Under the pieces are notes generated by a model. It searched no databases and was not told the origin of the DNA. It saw nothing but the letters and a program-made list of their open reading frames with translations. Position numbers and translations under genes: made by a program. 64,000 nt of DNA from a candidate division WOR-3 bacterium (lineage in GTDB: Bacteria > Hydrothermota > Hydrothermia > JBDRYB01). This document shows positions 27,960 to 37,883 of the stretch, in pieces; positions within the stretch are counted from its first letter, which is position 1; every line of letters starts with the position of its first letter. The DNA is taken from the NCBI GenBank assembly GCA_039803205.1, contig JBDRYB010000004.1, positions 70,940 through 134,939 of the forward strand, written 5' to 3'.

Positions 27960-28907
27960 TCAAGGCTCAAAGCTCCTGAGAAACGCCTCCATCCTGAAGA
28001 TATACTGGAGCTTGTCCGGTTTCTCTGGCGCGAAAACAGCCATGTCTATCATGTAGAATTTTCCTCCTTCATTAAAGGCTATGAGCTTAAAAGGCCCCCC
28101 CGCGACCCGCTGGTCGTTCTGCCAGACCCCCCAGATGGCCATAGCGGGATTACCCCTGAACCTGGTCTCCTCAACCTCAACCAGGTCCCTCATTGAATAG
28201 TCCCCGTCGTAGAAAGCCGCGGTCAGCTCATCCCTGAGATCAAGGATCCCCTTGGGATCCAGGGCACGAGGAGCGGATTCCCTGTAAATGAAGAAGAACT
28301 GGTCTGGGTTGTGCTTTGCCATACAGAGGAAGTTCTCCTCCTCTTTTACAAAGGACCAGCCATCCGGCAGGTCTATTTTGTAGCCATATTCCTCCCTTAT
28401 GGTGTTTGCGAACTTCTTGTTCCTGCCAGGGTAGTATGAGAGCCGGGAGTAAAGGAACATGACCCTGTCAATCATCTTGTCCCTGAGAATGGGCGTTATG
28501 GCTGTTAGCGAGCCGTATAGCCCCTCCTCTTTTTCGCCAAAGAGCCCTATCACATAATCGTCTCTCACAAACCCCCCATTCTTCTCCGAGAGGCCTTGTC
28601 GCGGTTCAGGGAAAACGGAGAGGTAGAGGTTGAAGGTCTTGGATGAGGGCGTGGCCAGGATGATTATGTTCTTGTGGCCTTTCCAGTTCTTCTGGAATTC
28701 ATCCGGCGTCACGAAAGTCAGCTTGAAGAGGCTCTCGGGTTGCGGGGTCTGGATGATCCTGAACATCTCTGCCTGCAGGTGCGTTGCGACCCGTCTCAGG
28801 TCATCCGAATAGACGATAACCCATCTCCTCTCTTCTCCTCTGGCATAGCGCTCTATCCTTGGGAAACAGGAAAGCGCGATCACTACCAGTATAAAGGCTT
28901 TCCTCAT
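27960..28907 (-). CDS. hypothetical secreted protein / lipoprotein
   Basis: Start at internal ATG 28907 (MRKAFILVVIALSCFP signal, Cys lipobox-like); 316 aa; no recognised domain. Confidence 0.55.
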   Translation of the reverse strand: MRKAFILVVIALSCFPRIERYARGEERRWVIVYSDDLRRVATHLQAEMFRIIQTPQPESLFKLTFVTPDEFQKNWKGHKNIIILATPSSKTFNLYLSVFPEPRQGLSEKNGGFVRDDYVIGLFGEKEEGLYGSLTAITPILRDKMIDRVMFLYSRLSYYPGRNKKFANTIREEYGYKIDLPDGWSFVKEEENFLCMAKHNPDQFFFIYRESAPRALDPKGILDLRDELTAAFYDGDYSMRDLVEVEETRFRGNPAMAIWGVWQNDQRVAGGPFKLIAFNEGGKFYMIDMAVFAPEKPDKLQYIFRMEAFLRSFEP

Positions 28908-28935
28908 GGACAAATTATAAACGGGGAGATCGCGT

Positions 28936-28965
28936 TTGATCCGCAACGCGCGGGGAGGATATAAT
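28936..28965 (+). promoter_or_regulatory. candidate sigma70 promoter for ahcY
   Basis: TTGATC (28936-41), 18-nt spacer, TATAAT (28960-65); 19 nt upstream of the ahcY ATG. Confidence 0.45.
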
Positions 28966-28984
28966 TGGCGTCTAGGCGAAGCCC

Positions 28985-30238
28985 ATGCGAGATTTTCATA
29001 TCGCAGACCCAAGGCTAGCTGAGGCTGGCCAGAAGCGGATAGAATGGGCAGGAGAACACATGCCTGTCCTTGCAAACCTCTCCAAAGAGCACACCGGAAC
29101 CCTGAAGGGCCTAAGGCTCTCGCTTTGCCTTCATGTGACCACCGAGACAGCGAATCTGGTTTTGGCACTGAGGGCCGCGGGTGCGGATACCAGGCTTTGC
29201 GCCTCAAATCCCCTATCAACCCAGGACGATGTGGCCGCGGCCCTGGCGGTCAATCACGGGGTTCCGGTCTTCGCCATACACGGCGAGGATAAAGAGACAT
29301 ATTATGAGCACATAAAAAGGTGCCTCAGCCACCGGCCCCACATAACCATGGATGATGGAGGAGACCTCACATCGTATATACACAAGGAGGATCCGGGTAT
29401 GGCTGAAGGCGTCCTTGGGGGAACCGAGGAAACAACCACTGGGGTCATAAGGTTCAGGGCCATGGAGCGCGAGGGGGTTCTACTTTATCCCATAATAGCG
29501 GTCAACGATTCCCGGACCAAGTTTCTGTTTGACAACCGGTATGGCACTGGTCAGAGCACAATAGACGGGATACTCAGACTAACGAACATCCTTCTTGCCG
29601 GTAAGACCTTCGCTGTTGCAGGATACGGATGGTGTGGAAAGGGAATAGCTCAGAGGGCCAAAGGCTCAGGCGCGAGGGTCCTCGTCTGTGAGGCAGACCC
29701 AATTAAGGCGCTTGAGGCGGCGATGGATGGGTTTGAAGCGGTTAGCGTTGCTGAGGCCATAGCGAGGGCTGACATCCTCGTTACGGCCACCGGGGACAAG
29801 CATGTGGTTGACGAGGAGCACATTGCCCTGGCAAAGGATGGGATAATCCTGGCCAACTCTGGCCACTTTGATGTTGAGATAAACATCCCGGCCATACGGA
29901 AGGCCTCGGTTAAAGAGGATGAGGCCAGGCCTGGGGTCAGGCGCTTCACTCTGAGGGATGGCAGGAGGATATACCTACTTACGGATGGGAGGCTCGTTAA
30001 CCTCTCAGGCGCTGAGGGCCACCCCGCTGAGGTCATGGATATGAGCTTCTCCAATCAGTTCCTAGCCGCAAAATACCTAAAGGAGAACGCTGGCAAACTG
30101 GAGAAGAAAGTCTATACCCTCCCTGTTGAGATAGATGAGATGATCGCCAGGGCAAAGCTCAGACACATGGGGATGGGCCTTGAAGAGCTGAGACCGGACC
30201 AGCTCAAATACCTTTCCGACTGGAGAGAGGGAACATGA
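28985..30238 (+). CDS. ahcY: adenosylhomocysteinase
   Basis: 417 aa; NAD-binding GYGWCGKG, ..TTETANL.., ..HFDVEI.. SAHH signatures. Confidence 0.92.
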   Translation: MRDFHIADPRLAEAGQKRIEWAGEHMPVLANLSKEHTGTLKGLRLSLCLHVTTETANLVLALRAAGADTRLCASNPLSTQDDVAAALAVNHGVPVFAIHGEDKETYYEHIKRCLSHRPHITMDDGGDLTSYIHKEDPGMAEGVLGGTEETTTGVIRFRAMEREGVLLYPIIAVNDSRTKFLFDNRYGTGQSTIDGILRLTNILLAGKTFAVAGYGWCGKGIAQRAKGSGARVLVCEADPIKALEAAMDGFEAVSVAEAIARADILVTATGDKHVVDEEHIALAKDGIILANSGHFDVEINIPAIRKASVKEDEARPGVRRFTLRDGRRIYLLTDGRLVNLSGAEGHPAEVMDMSFSNQFLAAKYLKENAGKLEKKVYTLPVEIDEMIARAKLRHMGMGLEELRPDQLKYLSDWREGT

Positions 30239-31308
30239 CTCTCTTTCTCTGCCTCGCCTCTCTCCAGCCCCCAAGGAATCTCAGGAGCGCAACCTGCGTC
30301 GGAGATACGACCGCTGGCCTGCTCCTGATGTGGGATAGGAGCCCAGACGCGGAGCTATACGATGTCTTTCTGGTTGATTCCACCGGAAACAAGCTCTATC
30401 TCGGAACGACGAGTCAGGACTACAACAGATACAAGCACTTTGATGTTAAGGCCGGGGAAACATACACCTTTATAGTTTCATCAGTAAGGGGCGATGAAAG
30501 AGCGGAATCAGCACCATACACGATCGCATTCAGGCCGGCTTGGTTTGATGTGACCAGGCTCAACAACCTCGTTTTCCTCCTGGGTTTCAGCCTCGTCTTT
30601 TTCGCTTATCTTTTGGTTGCCCGGAGGGGGATCCCCATGTCAATCCGGAAGATAGCGGGGCTTGAGGAGATTGACAACGCCGTTGGCAGGGCAACGGAGC
30701 TCGGCAGGCCCATACTCTTCATCCACGGTCTGAGCACCATAAGCGAACTGCCGACCGTGGCCGCTCTCACTGTGCTGAAACACATAGGAAAGAAGGCCGC
30801 TGAGTATGAGATCAGGCTCCTCGTTCCGAACAACGATCCCCTGGTCATGGCCGCGAGCCAGGAGGTCGTCAAGGAGGCATACACCGAGTCCGGGAGGCCT
30901 GACCTCTACAACGAGGATGACATATTCTTCGTCTCGCCTGAGCAGTTTGCCTATGCGGCCGCGGTGAACGGCATCGCCATAAGGGAAAGGGCAGGTGCTG
31001 TATTTCTCCTCGGATACTTCTACGCTGAGAGCCTGATGTTCGCTGAGGTCGGGCAATCGGTTGGCGCTATACAGGTCGCTGGAACATCAGCTACGGATCA
31101 GCTTCCCTTCTTCGTGGCCTCGTGCGATTACACCCTCATAGGAGAGGAGCTCTACGCGGCCTCGGCTTATCTCTCTGGAGATGCCCTGCAGATAGCGACC
31201 GTGAAAGCAGAAGACATATTCAAGCTCTTAACGGTCATTTTGGTTCTTCTTGGCTCCATAACCGAGGCAATTGGTTGGAGGTTCATCTTTGACCTTTTGA
31301 TGACCTGA
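30235..31308 (+). CDS. membrane protein, FN3-like N-terminal domain + conserved ~200-aa domain (paralog A)
   Basis: FN3-like PPRNL..LLLMWDRSPDAELYDVF..GETYTFIVSSV. TM helix, then a domain about 60% identical to the next gene (IRKIAGLEEIDNAVGR..RPDLYNEDD..SVGAIQVAGT..YAASAYLS..KAEDIFK). C-terminal TM. Confidence 0.7.
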   Translation: MTLFLCLASLQPPRNLRSATCVGDTTAGLLLMWDRSPDAELYDVFLVDSTGNKLYLGTTSQDYNRYKHFDVKAGETYTFIVSSVRGDERAESAPYTIAFRPAWFDVTRLNNLVFLLGFSLVFFAYLLVARRGIPMSIRKIAGLEEIDNAVGRATELGRPILFIHGLSTISELPTVAALTVLKHIGKKAAEYEIRLLVPNNDPLVMAASQEVVKEAYTESGRPDLYNEDDIFFVSPEQFAYAAAVNGIAIRERAGAVFLLGYFYAESLMFAEVGQSVGAIQVAGTSATDQLPFFVASCDYTLIGEELYAASAYLSGDALQIATVKAEDIFKLLTVILVLLGSITEAIGWRFIFDLLMT

Positions 31309-31319
31309 AGGAGGTTTAT

Positions 31320-32960
31320 ATGGAAGGCTTTTTTGCCATACTCATCTTAAATCAGGCTCCGGAGCTTGTCCCCCCGCAGAACCTCATGGTGGGAGTGAGG
31401 TCTGATGGCTACTGGATACTCTGGGAGCCATCCCCAACCGATTCCCTGATCACGAGATACGAGGTTTTCAGGGACGGCCAGTTCATAGGACGGGCAGGCA
31501 TAGGGAAGTATGAGTTCGTAGACAAAGGCGTCTCAGGCCCCCACACATACTTTGTGAGAGCGGTAGGAGGCTCTAGATACCTGAAGGAGGTGGAAATCTG
31601 GGGAATGAGACTCCCCCTTCTCTTTTGGAAAGAGGAGGGCTACGCTGAGACGAAACCCATAACGATAGCGCCCCTACCCGGTTTCACGGCATCCTATGAG
31701 TGGCAAGGCTTTGGCTTTGGAGGATACAGGCTTGAGTGGGGGTTCAGGCCCCAGGGATTCGTTGAGGTCCTGAGAAAAGGGGCTGTCATAGTCACCCTTC
31801 CGCCGGGAACACAGAGCTACACCGATCCTTCTGCAACCCTGGGCCAGGCGGATTACACGGTCAGAGATGTCAACTCCGGCATGGAAATTAAGCCAAACAT
31901 AAGGGCGAGGTGGTTCGCTGTGCACTTCCGAGGCGTGAAGGTTTCGTGGAATCAGGTTGATCAAGGTTTTACCCTAATGAGGTCATCGGAGACCAGAGAG
32001 CAGGACATGAAGACCGTGGATCGCACCCCTCCTGAGCCAATAGCGCAGATAAAGCCCGGGGAATCCACCTTCACGGATCGCGGAGCATCGGGGGAAATAG
32101 CCGCTCTCCTGAGAAGCAGATCCCCCATGAGCACATACCGTTATTACCTCGTATCAGAGGACGGGTCTAGGGTCTTCTTCTCAGAGCCAGTAAGGCCTCA
32201 GCCCTTCAACTTCATGAAGCTCCCTGTCCTCATATTTGACATCCTTTTCGCTTGCGTTTTCTTCGGTTTTCTCTTCGCGGCGAAGCAGGGGAAACGCATG
32301 TTCATAAGGAAGATAGCCGGACTTGAGGAGCTTGATAACGCGGTTGGACGCTCAACGGAGATGGGGAGGCCTATTGTATATGTGCCTGGCATAGGCACGA
32401 TAGCTGACATAGAGACAATAGCCTCCTTGACCATACTCAAGCATGTGGCGAAGAAGGCCGCAGAGTATGAGACTGTGGTCATAATGCCTAACTTTGACCC
32501 AATGGTCACAGCCGCGGCCAAAGAGGTGATAAAGGAGGCATACACCGAGGCGGGAAGGCCAGACCTTTACAACGAGGATAATGTTTTCTATGTCGCTAGC
32601 CAGCAGTTCGCGTTCGCTGGCGCGGTGAGCGGGCTTATCGTTAGGGAGAAGCCAGGCGCTACTTTTCTGATAGGTTATTATGCCGCGGAATCCCTTGTTA
32701 TCGCTGAGGCAGGCTATTCGGTTGGAGCAATACAGGTTGCAGGAACAGCGTCTGTCCTCCAGACCCCGTTCTTCCTCGCCGCTTGCGACTATGTCCTTAT
32801 TGGAGAGGAGGAATACGCGGCCTCAGCATACCTATCGCACAACGCCCTACAGATGGCAACCCTAAAGGCAGAGGATGTCTTCAAGGCTACCTTCGTGAGC
32901 TTTATAGTTCTTTTCAGCTTGCTGGTGAGCCTTGGCGTTTCCTTTATTTTCTTGAGTTAA
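31320..32960 (+). CDS. membrane protein, FN3-like N-terminal domains + conserved ~200-aa domain (paralog B)
   Basis: AGGAGG SD. Signal-like N-terminus, FN3-like PPQNL..ILWEPSPTD..YEVF. TM, the same conserved domain (IRKIAGLEELDNAVGR...KAEDVFK), C-terminal TM. Confidence 0.7.
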   Translation: MEGFFAILILNQAPELVPPQNLMVGVRSDGYWILWEPSPTDSLITRYEVFRDGQFIGRAGIGKYEFVDKGVSGPHTYFVRAVGGSRYLKEVEIWGMRLPLLFWKEEGYAETKPITIAPLPGFTASYEWQGFGFGGYRLEWGFRPQGFVEVLRKGAVIVTLPPGTQSYTDPSATLGQADYTVRDVNSGMEIKPNIRARWFAVHFRGVKVSWNQVDQGFTLMRSSETREQDMKTVDRTPPEPIAQIKPGESTFTDRGASGEIAALLRSRSPMSTYRYYLVSEDGSRVFFSEPVRPQPFNFMKLPVLIFDILFACVFFGFLFAAKQGKRMFIRKIAGLEELDNAVGRSTEMGRPIVYVPGIGTIADIETIASLTILKHVAKKAAEYETVVIMPNFDPMVTAAAKEVIKEAYTEAGRPDLYNEDNVFYVASQQFAFAGAVSGLIVREKPGATFLIGYYAAESLVIAEAGYSVGAIQVAGTASVLQTPFFLAACDYVLIGEEEYAASAYLSHNALQMATLKAEDVFKATFVSFIVLFSLLVSLGVSFIFLS

Positions 32961-32972
32961 GGAGAGAGAAAT

Positions 32973-33785
32973 ATGTTTAGAGCACCGGTTTGGCTCGTTT
33001 TCATAGCGGGGCTTTTCATGGCTTCGGCCTTTTTCATCCCCGTAGACCCGTTCCCCATGATGCAGACCTGGGCCCTTAAGTGGGATGTCATAGTTAGCGC
33101 GTTCGCTCTGGTTGTCGGTATAGACTCCCTGGTCATGCATCACATCCGCAGGGTCCAGCGCAGGCAGAATGTCCTTTACTCAGGCACCCTGCTGGTTGGT
33201 TTCTGGGTCACTATAGCCTGGGGAGCCTTCGCCTGGTGGAGATACGGAGGGCCTTTTGCTACCCAGTCAACATTCCTCTGGCTCTTCCGCTACATCGTCG
33301 TTCCAATGGATGCCACGATGTTCTCCCTGCTCGCGTTCTTCATAGCATCAGCCGCATACAGGGCTTTCAGGGCGCGGAACTTCTCGTCCTCACTTCTCCT
33401 TCTGTCAGCCGGGATCGTAATGCTCGGCCGGGTTCCTTTTGGCGATTGGGCCGCGGCTCCTATTTTCACCGCCTTCGCGCTCCTCCTGGCCTTCTATTTC
33501 CTCAGGGTCTTCAGGCAATACGAGGGCTGGGGAAGGGGCATCAGGCTCGTGGTTGGAATAGCATTTCTCGCGGTTGGCATCGTTCTCCTATGGCCTGTTT
33601 GGCTGAATGGGCAGATATTCCCCGCTTTCCGGTTCGTGGTTCACCACATACAGGGCCTCGCGGGCTGGATAATGGAGGTCCCGCAGATGGCCGCGCGAAG
33701 GGGGATTGACCTCGGAATATCTCTCGGTTCCCTCGCTTTCGCGCTCAGGGTTCTCGTCGGAATAGAAAGGGGGTATATGAGATGA
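32973..33785 (+). CDS. polytopic membrane protein (~7 TM), unknown function
   Basis: 270 aa, highly hydrophobic with multiple predicted helices; SD GGAGAG upstream. Confidence 0.6.
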   Translation: MFRAPVWLVFIAGLFMASAFFIPVDPFPMMQTWALKWDVIVSAFALVVGIDSLVMHHIRRVQRRQNVLYSGTLLVGFWVTIAWGAFAWWRYGGPFATQSTFLWLFRYIVVPMDATMFSLLAFFIASAAYRAFRARNFSSSLLLLSAGIVMLGRVPFGDWAAAPIFTAFALLLAFYFLRVFRQYEGWGRGIRLVVGIAFLAVGIVLLWPVWLNGQIFPAFRFVVHHIQGLAGWIMEVPQMAARRGIDLGISLGSLAFALRVLVGIERGYMR

Positions 33786-34663
33786 GATTCCTGTACATTT
33801 TGACCACCATAGACAGGCGAATAATCTATGCCCTGGTGTTTCTGGCAACCGCACTCCCATTCCTCTTCAAGAAATCCCCAGATGTCCAGATAACACCTGA
33901 GGTTGAAAGGGTTTACCGGTTCATAGACAGGCTTCCGGCTGGCTCAAGAATAGTTATCTCCGCTGACTACGGGCCTTCATCCATGCCGGAGATACAGCCC
34001 ATGCTCTACGCGATATGCAAACACGCTTTCACGAAAGGGCACAAGGTATATCTTCTTACCCACTGGACCTATCAGGGCCTCATTGCTGGTCAGGACGGAA
34101 TAATGAGCGCTGTGAGGGACTTCAACAGGGAGATAAAGGAAGGCAAGCATCCGGAGAGAACCGACACCCTCATAGAAGGGGTTGACTATGTTTCTTGGGG
34201 ATTCAGGCCTGGCGGGATGGCCGTGATGCTTCTCATGAACTCTGACATAAGGATGGCCTTCTCCCGTGATGTGAGGGGCATACTCCTTGATAGCCTTCCG
34301 GCAATGCAGGGCTTCAGGAACCTCAGAGACCTCGGCACGGTTGAGAATCCAAAGGGCATATTGATAGGGCTTGAAGCTGGTTTCACCGGCGATGTCTGGG
34401 TTGTATACGGCCAAGCTCAGGGGCGCTGGCCCATGGCCCTCGGTTCAACCGCTGTCGTCACCCCATCATACTACACCTACCTTGAGGCTGGCCAGATAAT
34501 CGGGATCCTCGGAGGTCTGAAGGGGGCCGCGGAATACGAGCAGTTGGCCGGATTCAAGGGCCAGGCCTCCATAGGAATGCTCTCCCAGAGCATAGTCCAC
34601 ATCCTCGTGGTTGTCCTCATCTTCCTGGGCAACCTGGGGTTTTTCCTGGCAAGGAGGAAGTGA
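33782..34663 (+). CDS. bitopic membrane protein with central soluble domain, unknown function
   Basis: 293 aa; N-terminal and C-terminal TM helices; ATGA overlap with the upstream gene. Confidence 0.6.
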   Translation: MRFLYILTTIDRRIIYALVFLATALPFLFKKSPDVQITPEVERVYRFIDRLPAGSRIVISADYGPSSMPEIQPMLYAICKHAFTKGHKVYLLTHWTYQGLIAGQDGIMSAVRDFNREIKEGKHPERTDTLIEGVDYVSWGFRPGGMAVMLLMNSDIRMAFSRDVRGILLDSLPAMQGFRNLRDLGTVENPKGILIGLEAGFTGDVWVVYGQAQGRWPMALGSTAVVTPSYYTYLEAGQIIGILGGLKGAAEYEQLAGFKGQASIGMLSQSIVHILVVVLIFLGNLGFFLARRK

Positions 34664-34664
34664 G

Positions 34665-35321
34665 ATGAACATATGGGAACTAATAGGGATATGGTTGGCC
34701 GCGATTTTAACCTTCGCGGTTTTCTCTTTCCTATACCGGGATAACCCTGTCTACAAATGGGCAGAACATCTCTTCGTCGGGGTCTCGGCCGCTATAGGCG
34801 TTTATGCTACTCTGGATCAAGCAGTTGTGCCTGCTGTTCGGGAGGCCCTCGCATTCCCTGGGGTCTTCAAGCTCGTAACCTGGCTAGCTGTTGTGCTTGG
34901 CGCGTTGATCCTCTTCAAGCTCGAGATATTCGCCACATACCTCCCTAACCTGACCTTCCTCTCCAGGTATCCCATAGCGTTTGTTACTGGAATGGGGGTC
35001 GGCCTAACCCTCGTGAATGTGGTGAACGGGTATCTGTTCCCGCAGACGCAAGCGACATTCCTTCCCTTGTTTAACATCCAGGGCGCCAACTGGTTAACCA
35101 TTCTGAACAACTGGATCATCGTCCTGGGCGTCGTGTTCGCGCTGATGTATTTCTTCTTTTCCGCGCAATACAAGGGAAGGCTGGGAATGGTTCTCAGGGT
35201 GGGCATAACCTTCCTAATGGTTGCCTTCGGCGCTATGTTCGGATACACGGTCATGGCAAGGCTATCCCTGCTCATAGGCCGGATATACTTCCTGCTTCAC
35301 GACTGGCTACACCTAATATAG
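34665..35321 (+). CDS. polytopic membrane protein (~6 TM), unknown function
   Basis: Start MNIWELIGIWLAAILTF immediately after the upstream stop; 218 aa. Confidence 0.55.
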   Translation: MNIWELIGIWLAAILTFAVFSFLYRDNPVYKWAEHLFVGVSAAIGVYATLDQAVVPAVREALAFPGVFKLVTWLAVVLGALILFKLEIFATYLPNLTFLSRYPIAFVTGMGVGLTLVNVVNGYLFPQTQATFLPLFNIQGANWLTILNNWIIVLGVVFALMYFFFSAQYKGRLGMVLRVGITFLMVAFGAMFGYTVMARLSLLIGRIYFLLHDWLHLI

Positions 35322-35334
35322 CTGGATTGCGAGA

Positions 35335-35826
35335 ATGCGGCTGAAGCTCAGGTGGAAGAACCTCGTCATCGCGGCCTCATTGTGGGCTGTGATAACCTCT
35401 CTGGACCAGCTCACCAAGTTCCTCATAACCAGAAACCTGAGGGCGTATGTGGATTATCCTGTTCTCGGCAACTTCTTCAAGCTGACCCTCGTTTATAACA
35501 AGGGGATCCTGTTCGGGATAAACCTCTTCCCGTCTGACTGGGGGCCGATCCTATATCCGATCGTGATGATCGCCATTATGATACTTGTCCTCGTCTCGCT
35601 TGGTCTTGAGGGGAGATGGCCAAACACCGTAGCATACGGAATGATCCTCGGAGGAGCGCTTGGCAATCTGATAGACCGGTTTAGGATAGGCAGGGTCGTT
35701 GATTTCTTGAACTTTGGGATAGGGGAGCTACGGTGGCCATACTTCAATATCGCTGACAGCGCGATAGTCTGCGGGATGATAACTCTTATTGTCTTCTCGT
35801 TCTTCAGGAAAAAGGGTGCGGAATAG
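35335..35826 (+). CDS. lspA: lipoprotein signal peptidase (signal peptidase II)
   Basis: 163 aa, 4 TM; NKGILFG and FNIADSAIVCG conserved LspA motifs. Confidence 0.85.
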   Translation: MRLKLRWKNLVIAASLWAVITSLDQLTKFLITRNLRAYVDYPVLGNFFKLTLVYNKGILFGINLFPSDWGPILYPIVMIAIMILVLVSLGLEGRWPNTVAYGMILGGALGNLIDRFRIGRVVDFLNFGIGELRWPYFNIADSAIVCGMITLIVFSFFRKKGAE

Positions 35827-35833
35827 GTTGGTC

Positions 35834-35890
35834 GTGCCCCAGGCGCAGGGGCCTGGGGCTAACCGGCGCAGGGGCCTGGGGCTAACCGGG
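35834..35890. terminator. tandem 22-bp repeat forming GC-rich hairpins between convergent lspA and rho
   Basis: CGCAGGGGCCTGGGGCTAACCGG x2; each unit contains the palindrome GCCCCAGG/CCTGGGGC. Confidence 0.45.
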
Positions 35891-35897
35891 AAACCCG

Positions 35898-37166
35898 TTA
35901 GAACTTTCCCTCCGTGAGCATCTTGAGGAAATCAGCGTTTGTCTTTGTTAGCCTCATCTTTTCCTGAAGGTACTCCATCGCGTCCGAGGGCTCGAGGTCC
36001 GATATGACCTTGCGCATGAGCCAAACCTTCTGAAGGGTGTCGGCTGGGAGGAGCAGTTCCTCTCGCCTCGTGTAGGATTTTATGAGGTCAATGGCGGGAT
36101 ATATCCGCTTGTCAGCCATGTGCCTGTCAAGGTCCATCTCCATGTTTCCGGTCCCCTTGAATTCCTCAAATATGACATCGTCCATCCTACTGCCGGTCTC
36201 TATCAGAGCGGTCGCTATGATGGTCAATGAGCCGCCCGACTCTATGTTCCTGGCTGAACCGAAGAACTTTTTGGGCTTGACGAGGGCTGTGGCATCAAGG
36301 CCGCCGGAGAGGGTCCTTCCTGAGTGAGGCGCGACGGCATTGTGAGCCCTGGACATCCTGGTTATGGAGTCAAGGAGTATTGCTACATCCTTGCCCATCT
36401 CAACGAGGCGCTTTGCCCTCTCGAGGGTTATGTCTGAGACATAGACATGGCGGTCTGGGGGCATGTCAAATGTTGAGGAGACTATCTCAGCATCAACCAA
36501 GCGCTCCATCTCCGTGACCTCCTCTGGCCTCTCGTCTATGAGTAGGATGATGAGGTGAACATCGGGATAATTTGCTCTTATGGACTGGGCTATCTTCTGG
36601 AGGAGGACGGTCTTGCCCGCTCTTGGCGGGGAAACTATCAAGCCTCTCTGGCCCTTGCCAATGGGGACAAAGAGGTCAAGTATCCTCATGGAGAGGTCAG
36701 TGTCCCCGGAATCCGGCCTCTCCAGGATCATCCTTTCAGTGGGATAGTAAGGGACCAGCTTCTCAAACTCGGGCCTCTGGGTAGGAAATTCCTCCGGGGA
36801 GAAGCCGTGAACGCTCTCAAGCCTTATCAGGGAAGGGAATCGTTCCTTCTCCTTGGGTGGCCTCGCGTATCCCACTATATAGTCTCCGCGCCTCAGTCCC
36901 AGCCTCTTGATTATGTTGGGTGAGACATAGACATCTGAGGGGCTCGGAGCATAACCGTGTTCCAAGAACCTTAGGAAGCCGTAGCCGTCCTTGTGTATAT
37001 CAAGAACCCCCTCTTTGCGGAAGAGCCCTTCCCTCTCAGCGGTTTGGTTTGTTATGTGCTGTATGAGCTCGGCCTTCTTTAACGAGGAGTAATTGGGTAT
37101 CCCAAGCTCCTTTGCTATCTCGTATAGCTCGGCGAGCTTCTTTGTCTTAAGCTCCTCTATGTTCAT
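35898..37166 (-). CDS. rho: transcription termination factor Rho
   Basis: 422 aa; N-terminal RNA-binding domain, Walker A GQRGLIVSPPRAGKT, C-terminal RecA-like domain. Confidence 0.95.
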   Translation of the reverse strand: MNIEELKTKKLAELYEIAKELGIPNYSSLKKAELIQHITNQTAEREGLFRKEGVLDIHKDGYGFLRFLEHGYAPSPSDVYVSPNIIKRLGLRRGDYIVGYARPPKEKERFPSLIRLESVHGFSPEEFPTQRPEFEKLVPYYPTERMILERPDSGDTDLSMRILDLFVPIGKGQRGLIVSPPRAGKTVLLQKIAQSIRANYPDVHLIILLIDERPEEVTEMERLVDAEIVSSTFDMPPDRHVYVSDITLERAKRLVEMGKDVAILLDSITRMSRAHNAVAPHSGRTLSGGLDATALVKPKKFFGSARNIESGGSLTIIATALIETGSRMDDVIFEEFKGTGNMEMDLDRHMADKRIYPAIDLIKSYTRREELLLPADTLQKVWLMRKVISDLEPSDAMEYLQEKMRLTKTNADFLKMLTEGKF

Positions 37167-37211
37167 ATTTACCTCCCGTAAAAGGTGCCCTGAAAAAAGC
37201 GACCAGGGGGT

Positions 37212-37868
37212 TCATAGCATCCTCATCCCGTTTATCCATACCTGGAAGGAAGCCGAGAGCGCCCTCGCGGCCCTTTCGGCTATGTGTATCCTCGGCGTGA
37301 AGATCTCAAAGTATTCCATGACGGGGCTTATCTCGGTATCTATCTCTATCCTGTAAGATATAACTCTAGCGGCAGGGTCCACTTCTATAGTGCTGTCAGT
37401 TGCCGCGAAATTGACCCTGTCGTGTATATCGTGTTCTATATCATACGCGACCACCCTCGATCTGTGGACATCAGCCTTATCGGCGAGGATGACGGCCGCT
37501 GTTATTGCTGTCACGGGTTCCCCGGTCTCCTCGTGGTGGTTGCCTATGGCAGTGGCAACATCAAGGGCGTCCTGGAACGGCATTCCCATCCCGGTGAGAT
37601 AAGTCAAGGCGAGGATGGCCCCGGTCTGCTCGTGCTGGTTGCGGTTTACAGCTGAGCCGATATCGTGTAGGTATCCGGCTATCTCCGCGAGCCCAACATC
37701 CCTCTCAGGATACCCCAGATTCCTCATTATCTTGCCAGCATCCTCCGATACCTTTGACATGTGCCTTTCCCCGTGCTCCGTGTATCCCAGCTTGACAAGG
37801 GCCTCCTGTGCCCTTGATATGAGCATGGTTATCCTATGGTCCCTTTTAAGGTCTTCTACGGTTATCAT
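37212..37868 (-). CDS. HD-domain phosphohydrolase
   Basis: H..HD metal-binding pattern (GERHMSKVSEDAGK...AGYLHDIGS...IGNHHEE). Confidence 0.65.
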   Translation of the reverse strand: MITVEDLKRDHRITMLISRAQEALVKLGYTEHGERHMSKVSEDAGKIMRNLGYPERDVGLAEIAGYLHDIGSAVNRNQHEQTGAILALTYLTGMGMPFQDALDVATAIGNHHEETGEPVTAITAAVILADKADVHRSRVVAYDIEHDIHDRVNFAATDSTIEVDPAARVISYRIEIDTEISPVMEYFEIFTPRIHIAERAARALSASFQVWINGMRML

Positions 37869-37883
37869 AAATAAGACTAGAAC

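Noticed and set aside
35834-35890. CRISPR array
   Set aside because: Only two tandem units with no spacers. Nothing else in the window has repeat-spacer periodicity.
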